From an uncultured Holophagales bacterium (lineage in GTDB: Bacteria; Acidobacteriota; Thermoanaerobaculia; Multivoradales; UBA5704): DNA of 64,000 nt. The notes under the pieces were generated by a model that saw only the letters and a program-made list of their open reading frames with translations, was not told the DNA's origin and did no database searches. Positions within the stretch are counted from its first letter, which is position 1. Every line of letters begins with the position of its first letter. The stretch lies in assembly GCA_963842525.1 (NCBI GenBank), contig CAWJGT010000003.1, positions 1,888,001-1,952,000 on the forward strand. Reading direction: 5' to 3'. A program made the translations under genes and the position numbers. Of this stretch, positions 58,489 to 64,000 are shown piece by piece.

Positions 58489-59190
58489 GTGAACCCCGAA
58501 CGCCTCTTCGCCGCGGGGGTGCAGTACCTGCTGCTCCTGCTCGCCCTCTCGGCCCGCGAGGCGGCTCGCGCCTGGACGGCGGACCGCCTCGGCGATCCCA
58601 CGGCGCGCAGCCTGGGCCGGGTGAGCCTCAACCCGGTGCGGCACCTCGACCTCTTCGGCTCGGTGCTGCTGCCGCCGCTGCTTCTCGCTTTTGGCGCCCC
58701 GGTCTTCGGCTGGGGGAAGCCGGCGCCAGTGACGGGCCAGGGCTTCCGCAATCCCTGGCGGGACGGCATCCTGACCGCCGCGGCCGGGCCGATGGCCAAC
58801 TTCCTCCTCGCCCTGGTCGCCACGTTCGCGCTGATCGTGGCTGTAGCCAACCACGGTCCGGAGGGACGGCAGGCGGCCATGCGGGCGCTCCTGCCCCTGC
58901 TCCCTACTTCGGGTGTCGCGGAAGGATTGTCCAGCTTCCCGCTGATGTTCACGCTGGTGCGGATGGCGACGATCAACGCTTTCCTGGGCGTTTTCTTCCT
59001 GATCCCGGTGCCGCCGCTCGACGGCGGGGTGATCGCGCTCCATCTCCTCCCTCCGGATTGGGCGGAGAAGCTTGCGGTGATCCGGCCGTACGGAATTATG
59101 ATCGGCATGGCCCTCGCGGTCTTCAATGTCGTGACGCTGGTGCTGCTGCCCTTCTATGGCATCCTGAGCGTCCTCGTCCAACTCGTCTGA
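58489..59190 (+). CDS. Site-2 protease homolog lacking HExxH (probably inactive)
   Basis: LGDPTARSLGRVSLNP..HLD, FGWGKP, AAGP.AN, PVPPLDG; HEAAH position reads REAAR. Confidence 0.85.
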   Translation: MNPERLFAAGVQYLLLLLALSAREAARAWTADRLGDPTARSLGRVSLNPVRHLDLFGSVLLPPLLLAFGAPVFGWGKPAPVTGQGFRNPWRDGILTAAAGPMANFLLALVATFALIVAVANHGPEGRQAAMRALLPLLPTSGVAEGLSSFPLMFTLVRMATINAFLGVFFLIPVPPLDGGVIALHLLPPDWAEKLAVIRPYGIMIGMALAVFNVVTLVLLPFYGILSVLVQLV

Positions 59191-59194
59191 GGGA

Positions 59195-60034
59195 GTGACC
59201 GTGAGCGCCGAAGACTTCTCCGAAGCATCCGCAGAGGCCCTCTCGCAGGAGGGCTCCTCGGGAGGGCTCCTCCCGGAGTCGTGGCGCGTCCATCTCCCGG
59301 TCTTCGAGGGGCCTCTCGACCTCCTCCTTCATCTGATCAAGATGAACAAGGTGGAGATCACCGACATCCCGGTGGCGACGATCTGCGACCAGTTCCACGC
59401 CTACCTGCAGCTCATGGAAGAGCTGAACCTGGACATCGCCGGCGAGTACATCTACGAGGCGGCGCTGCTGATCCATCTCAAGTCCAAGCTGCTGTTGCCG
59501 CGTCCGCCCAAGGCCGAGGGCGAGCCGGAGGAGGATCCGCGGCAGGAGCTGGTGGAGCGGCTGCTCGAATACCGCCGCCTCAAGGAGGCCGCGCAGTCGT
59601 TGGCCGAGCTCGACCGGCTGCGCATGGGCATCTGGACCCGCCGGCCGCAGCCGATGCCCAAGCCCGATCCGGAGGAGGCCGAGGAGGTCGAGCTCGGCGA
59701 GATCTCGCTCTTCGACCTGCTCGGGGCCTTGAAAGGCGCCCTGCTGCGTTACGAGCGGGAGCATCCGCCGCCGCTCCAGCTCACCCTGGAGGCGTACTCG
59801 GTCCGCGGCCAGTTCGAGCGCCTGCTCGGCCGGCTGGACGCAGGGCGCCCCTTCGACCTGCTCGACGACCTGCGCACCCGCTCCTGCCGTTCGGAGGCCA
59901 TCGCCGCCTTCCTGGCGGTGCTGGAGCTGGCGCGGCTCAACCTCGTGCGCATCCACCAGACCGAATCCGGGGACATCCTGCTCTACCGGACCACCCGCGA
60001 GCTCGGAGTGCACGACATGGAGGCGATCGGCTGA
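59195..60034 (+). CDS. scpA: Segregation and condensation protein A
   Basis: FEGPLDLLLHLI, KSKLLLP, DPRQELVERLLEY, FLAVLEL. Confidence 0.96.
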   Translation: MTVSAEDFSEASAEALSQEGSSGGLLPESWRVHLPVFEGPLDLLLHLIKMNKVEITDIPVATICDQFHAYLQLMEELNLDIAGEYIYEAALLIHLKSKLLLPRPPKAEGEPEEDPRQELVERLLEYRRLKEAAQSLAELDRLRMGIWTRRPQPMPKPDPEEAEEVELGEISLFDLLGALKGALLRYEREHPPPLQLTLEAYSVRGQFERLLGRLDAGRPFDLLDDLRTRSCRSEAIAAFLAVLELARLNLVRIHQTESGDILLYRTTRELGVHDMEAIG

Positions 60035-60750
60035 TGAACGAGCGCCACGACATGGAGGCGGCGATCGAGGCGGTGCTCTTCGTCTCCTCCGAGCCGGTGC
60101 CGCGCGCGCGGCTTCTGGAGATGTTCGACGAGGACGAGCGTGAGCAGGCGGCCGAGGCCCTGGAGGCGGTGGTCGCCCGCTATGCCTCCGACGCCGAAAA
60201 CCCCTCGCGGGGTGTGATGGTGGAGGAGGTGGCGGGCGGCGTGCGCATCGCCACGCGTCCGGAGATGGTGGGATGGCTCCGCCGCTTTTTCGACGTGAGC
60301 GGCGGGACCAAGCTCTCCATGGCGGCCCTGGAGACCCTGGCGATCATCGGCTATCGGCAGCCGGTCACCGGCCCGGAGATCCAGGAGCTGCGCAGCGTCA
60401 ATCCGTCGGGGGTGCTCAAGACCCTGCTGGAGCGCCGGCTCGTCCGCATCGTCGGCCGCAAGGAGGTCGTCGGCAAGCCGTTCCTCTACGGCACGACCAA
60501 GGAGTTCCTGGTCCATTTCGGCCTCAACAGCCTGCGCGATCTGCCGCCTCTGGAGGAGTTCGAGGAGACTTTCGGAGCGATCGCCGCAGGCGAGGGCTCC
60601 GCCGAGCTCAGCCAGGCGATGCTGGACAGCGTGGCGCCACAGACGGAGGCCACCGAAGGTGACCGGGAGGAGCGCATCCTCCGCGAGGCCGCCGCGCTCG
60701 AAGAAGAGGCCGCGGACGAGGATCCGGAGATGGAAGCCGAGGCGTCATGA
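60034..60750 (+). CDS. scpB: Segregation and condensation protein B
   Basis: IEAVLF, LSMAALETLAIIGYRQPVT, YGTTKEFLVHFGL..LPPL. Confidence 0.96.
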   Translation: MNERHDMEAAIEAVLFVSSEPVPRARLLEMFDEDEREQAAEALEAVVARYASDAENPSRGVMVEEVAGGVRIATRPEMVGWLRRFFDVSGGTKLSMAALETLAIIGYRQPVTGPEIQELRSVNPSGVLKTLLERRLVRIVGRKEVVGKPFLYGTTKEFLVHFGLNSLRDLPPLEEFEETFGAIAAGEGSAELSQAMLDSVAPQTEATEGDREERILREAAALEEEAADEDPEMEAEAS

Positions 60751-61949
60751 GCGAAGAGCGCCTCCAGCGTCTCCTGGCCCGTGCCGGCATCGCCTCCCGG
60801 CGCAAGGCCGAGGAGCTGATCCGCGAAGGCCGGGTCACGGTCAACGGGCAGGTGGCGGAGATCGGCGCCAAGGCCGACCCCGGGCGGGACGCGGTCAAGG
60901 TGGACGGCAAGCGGGTCCAGCCCCAGACCGGCCCCGGCCGGTACATTCTGCTCAACAAGCCCCGGGGCGTGATGTCGACCGTTGCCGACCCGCAGGGCCG
61001 GCGGACGGTCCTCGACCTGATCCCGCCCGCGCTGCGCAAGGCCCTGGTGCCGGTGGGGCGGCTCGATTATGAGACCGAAGGCCTGATCCTGCTGACAGAC
61101 GACGGCGACTTCGCCGAGCACGTCGCTCATCCGCGCTACGGCGGGGTCAAGACCTACGAGGTCAAGGTGAAAGGGGAGCCCTCCCAGGCCGTGCTCGACC
61201 GCCTGCGCGAAGGGATCGTGATCGACGGCAAGCGCACCGTGCCCGCGCGGATCAAGCCGCGCCAGGCGAAGGGGTCGGACAGGCGGCGGCGGTCGCACCA
61301 CGACGACGACGAGGGGCACAACACCTGGTGGATCGTGGAGCTGACCGAAGGCCGGACGCGGCAGATCCGCGAGATGTTCGTGCGCATCGGCCACCCCGTC
61401 CAGAAGCTGCGCCGGGTGGCGATCGGTCCGCTCAAGGACCCCCACATGCCGCTGGGCACCTTCCGCGAGCTGACCGAGCGCGAGGTCGAGACGCTGCGTC
61501 GGATCACTGCGAAGCCCAAGAAGCGGGCCGCGCCGCCGAAGAAGAGGACGGCCCCTCACCCCCCTGGCCCCCCTCTCCCACGCGCACTCCCAGCCGCCCG
61601 GGAGAGGGGGGAAAAGGCACCGCCGCGGAAGGCTCCGGCGGTGAAGAAGAAGGCCACGCCGGCGAAGAAAGCGGCCCCTCACCCCCGGCCCCTCTCCCAT
61701 CGCCCCCCCGTCCCCCGGGAGAGGGGGGAACAGCTCGCCACGACAGCGGCACCGCGGAAGAAAGCCGCGCCGGCCAGGAAGGGAGCCCCGGCGAAGAGGT
61801 CCGCGCCGGCCAAGAAGGGAGCCCCGGCGAAGCGGTCGGCGCCAGCGAAGAGAGCTGCTCCGGCGAGAAAAGCTGGAGACCGCCGGGCGGCGGCCCGCAA
61901 GACATCAGGGAAGAGGCCGGGGAGCGGTCCGCGGCGGAGCCGGGGCTAG
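60747..61949 (+). CDS. rluB: 23S rRNA pseudouridine synthase (RluB/RsuA family) with a long basic tail
   Basis: S4 domain SRRKAEELI..GRV.VNG, LNKPRG, VGRLDYETEGL, EGRTRQIR; follows scpAB. Confidence 0.9.
   Translation: MSEERLQRLLARAGIASRRKAEELIREGRVTVNGQVAEIGAKADPGRDAVKVDGKRVQPQTGPGRYILLNKPRGVMSTVADPQGRRTVLDLIPPALRKALVPVGRLDYETEGLILLTDDGDFAEHVAHPRYGGVKTYEVKVKGEPSQAVLDRLREGIVIDGKRTVPARIKPRQAKGSDRRRRSHHDDDEGHNTWWIVELTEGRTRQIREMFVRIGHPVQKLRRVAIGPLKDPHMPLGTFRELTEREVETLRRITAKPKKRAAPPKKRTAPHPPGPPLPRALPAARERGEKAPPRKAPAVKKKATPAKKAAPHPRPLSHRPPVPRERGEQLATTAAPRKKAAPARKGAPAKRSAPAKKGAPAKRSAPAKRAAPARKAGDRRAAARKTSGKRPGSGPRRSRG
61554..61730 (+). repeat. Two BoxC-like repeats in-frame within rluB (about 61554-61613 and 61677-61730)
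   Basis: CCTCACCCCC..CCCTCTCCC..CCGGGAGAGGGGGG, translated as PHPPGPPLP..RERGE and PHPRPLSH..RERGE. Confidence 0.9.
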
Positions 61950-61952
61950 ACG

Positions 61953-62639
61953 GTGGACGCGGCTGGTCCCCTGATCGTGGCCATCGACGGCCCGTCGGGC
62001 GTGGGCAAGAGCACCGTCTCGCGGCGTCTCGCGCGGCGTCTCGGCATTCCCTTCCTGGACACCGGCGCCATGTATCGGGCCCTGGGCCTCAAGGTCCTGG
62101 AGAGCGGGGCCGACCCGCGGGACTGCGAGGCGGTCGAGGCAATCACCGCGTGTGCCGCGGTCAGCCTCCACCGCCGGGACAACGGCATCTTCGAGGTCCT
62201 CCTCGACGGCGAGCCGGTCGAGCCGCGCATCCGCACTCCGGAGGTCAGCGATGCGACCTCCACCATCTCCGCCTATCCCGAGGTGCGCCGCCGCATGGTG
62301 GCCCTCCAGCAGGAGGCCGCGAGCCTCTTCGGCGGCGTCCTGGAGGGGCGGGACATCGGCACGAGGGTCTTTCCCGGCACCCCTTACAAGTTCTTCCTCG
62401 ACGCCCGCACCGATGTCCGCGGCCAGCGCCGCTTCGACGAGCTCGTCCAGACCGGCCATCCGATCACCTACGAGCAGGTCCTCGAAGAGATGGCCAGCCG
62501 CGACCTGCGCGACAGCACCCGCGAGGACTCCCCGCTCACCCGGGACGCCAGCTACACCTTCGTCGACGCCTCGGACCTGACGGTCGACGAGGTCGTCGAG
62601 GAAATGGCGCAACGGATCGGGATATGGCCTGCGAAGTAG
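61953..62639 (+). CDS. cmk: Cytidylate kinase
   Basis: AIDGPSGVGKST, DTGAMYR, EGRDIGT, RDLRDSTR.DSPL. Confidence 0.97.
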   Translation: MDAAGPLIVAIDGPSGVGKSTVSRRLARRLGIPFLDTGAMYRALGLKVLESGADPRDCEAVEAITACAAVSLHRRDNGIFEVLLDGEPVEPRIRTPEVSDATSTISAYPEVRRRMVALQQEAASLFGGVLEGRDIGTRVFPGTPYKFFLDARTDVRGQRRFDELVQTGHPITYEQVLEEMASRDLRDSTREDSPLTRDASYTFVDASDLTVDEVVEEMAQRIGIWPAK

Positions 62640-64000
62640 GAGCCGCTCCAGCTACGATAGGCTCTTTGAGCTCCCTGGCCGAGTTGGATACCCGGAAGCT
62701 GAATCGCAACGCCAAGCGCGAAATGCGCAATCGAGAGATTCATCTTCCGCCTCTCGGGGTCTACCGCTGGTGGGCTCGACGCAGCGCTTCGACCTTTCGG
62801 GAGGTACTTACGGCTTTTTCGAAGGCACGCTCAGGCAAGCTGACCATAGCAGATCCGTTCGCCGGAGGTGGAGTCATTCCACTGGTTGCTCTCCTTGAAG
62901 GTCATCGAGTCTATGCTCAGGACATCAATCCCTGGGCCGTTGGAGGGCTAATAACAACTCTGGGCTTGCCCTCCGCCGAGGAACTTAGACGAACGAAAGA
63001 TAAGCTGGCTGATAACGCAAGATCCCTTCTCGCAAAGGCATACGCCACAAATCTGCCTGACGGGACACCCGCATGGATCACGCACACCTTCCGAGTTGCT
63101 GTTGCTGCCTGTTTAAAGTGTGGCCATGACTTCCGTCTATTTCCTCATGCGCTTGTGACGCGCTGCAGTCGTAAGGACCGTGCACGGGCTACCGATGCAT
63201 TTTGGGCCTGCACGCACGGGCATCTATTTCGTGCCGCTCTGGCAAATTCCGTAGAGTGTCCCCATTGCATGGAGTTAGTTCCAGCGTCGGCCTCGTACAC
63301 CGAGGGTCGTCTTGCCAGTTGCCCTGCTTGCGGTATCTCCGAATCGCTCGCTGCCTTTGCCTCCCGCGATTGGAAATGGGAGGTCGTCCTCATCGAGCGA
63401 GTGGCGGAGGGGAGGAGGATGATTGATCTACCAACGGTCGTCGAGCTTGAGCAAGCCTCTGATGACGTCTGGAAGCCGAAGGGGACGCTTGGAAAAATCC
63501 GAGAAGGGCGTGAGACGCGGGTGCTATTGCGGCACGGATTTAGACAGTGGGAAGATTGTTATCCGAATCGCCAGCGCTTCATCCTTGAATCGCTGCTTGC
63601 CGGAGTCGAGGAGGTTTCCGAGCGGGAAGACGTACGGCGCGCGCTTCAATGGATTCTCTGGGGACAGGCGGAGATGGCAGGTTATCTATCGCGGTGGGAC
63701 CGTTTTTATCTCAAGAGTTACGAAGCAATGGCAGGGCACCGTTTCAACTTCACGACAATGCCGGTAGAGCAAAACGTCTGGGGTATCGCGCCGTGCGGTA
63801 GAGGGACGTTCGAACGCCGAGTTGCGGCAGTGTGCCATGCTTCTAGCTGGTTCCAAGCTGAACTCGGGCGCCAGCTTCGCGTCGAAGGTCTTCTACAGCC
63901 TGGAACCTCCGACCCTGGATCGCTAGAATCTGATGTACGAGTGGCCCTAGGGCATTCTGGGGCCATGCAGATGCTTAACGCAAGTGTAGACTTGGTTCTA
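62624..64000 (+). CDS. DUF1156/COG1743-type Zn-ribbon adenine DNA methyltransferase (3' partial; absent from the ORF track)
   Basis: Manual translation from ATG 62624 is open to the edge: VYRWWARR, ADPFAGGG..QDINP, CLKC, CPHC, CPAC, LLRHGFRQWEDCYPNRQ, ending SVDLVL. Confidence 0.85.
   Translation, partial: MACEVGAAPATIGSLSSLAELDTRKLNRNAKREMRNREIHLPPLGVYRWWARRSASTFREVLTAFSKARSGKLTIADPFAGGGVIPLVALLEGHRVYAQDINPWAVGGLITTLGLPSAEELRRTKDKLADNARSLLAKAYATNLPDGTPAWITHTFRVAVAACLKCGHDFRLFPHALVTRCSRKDRARATDAFWACTHGHLFRAALANSVECPHCMELVPASASYTEGRLASCPACGISESLAAFASRDWKWEVVLIERVAEGRRMIDLPTVVELEQASDDVWKPKGTLGKIREGRETRVLLRHGFRQWEDCYPNRQRFILESLLAGVEEVSEREDVRRALQWILWGQAEMAGYLSRWDRFYLKSYEAMAGHRFNFTTMPVEQNVWGIAPCGRGTFERRVAAVCHASSWFQAELGRQLRVEGLLQPGTSDPGSLESDVRVALGHSGAMQMLNASVDLVL

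Noticed and set aside
63145-63966. Small ORFs listed at the right edge
   Set aside because: Explained by the longer methylase frame 62624-64000

Overview
High-GC bacterial chromosome segment; gene content and order suggest Acidobacteriota (Thermoanaerobaculia-like) or a related lineage (inference). The core backbone is mutS, nagZ, ssb, dtd, HU, spoVG-tRNA-Gln-prs-rplY-pth-rpsF-rpsR-rplI, PBP1A, uvrB, uvrC, rnpB, ldcA, recG and scpA-scpB-rluB-cmk. Small accessory inserts interrupt it repeatedly. Main observations: (1) Two independent cassettes share one layout: a small leaderless beta-rich protein gene faces a membrane Ser/Thr kinase-TPR gene co-transcribed with a transcription activator (a sigma54 enhancer-binding protein in one, an STK-associated ECF sigma in the other). 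Matching cis-elements can be read in the DNA: a -24/-12 promoter with 9-bp repeats in the first, and a GATGGCCGCCTT-N11-TGCGTC motif present twice in the second. (2) There are about eight toxin-antitoxin loci; four have broken toxins. Several inserts are followed by a leftover copy of part of the upstream gene, with no integrase nearby. (3) Two degenerate 21-bp-period palindromic arrays are unexplained. (4) A BoxC-like palindromic repeat family abuts stop codons, appears to supply start codons to ldcA and recG, and is translated in-frame inside rluB. (5) A DUF1156-type DNA methylase missing from the ORF track starts a lower-GC island at the right edge. All calls come from reading motifs by eye; no database searches were run.
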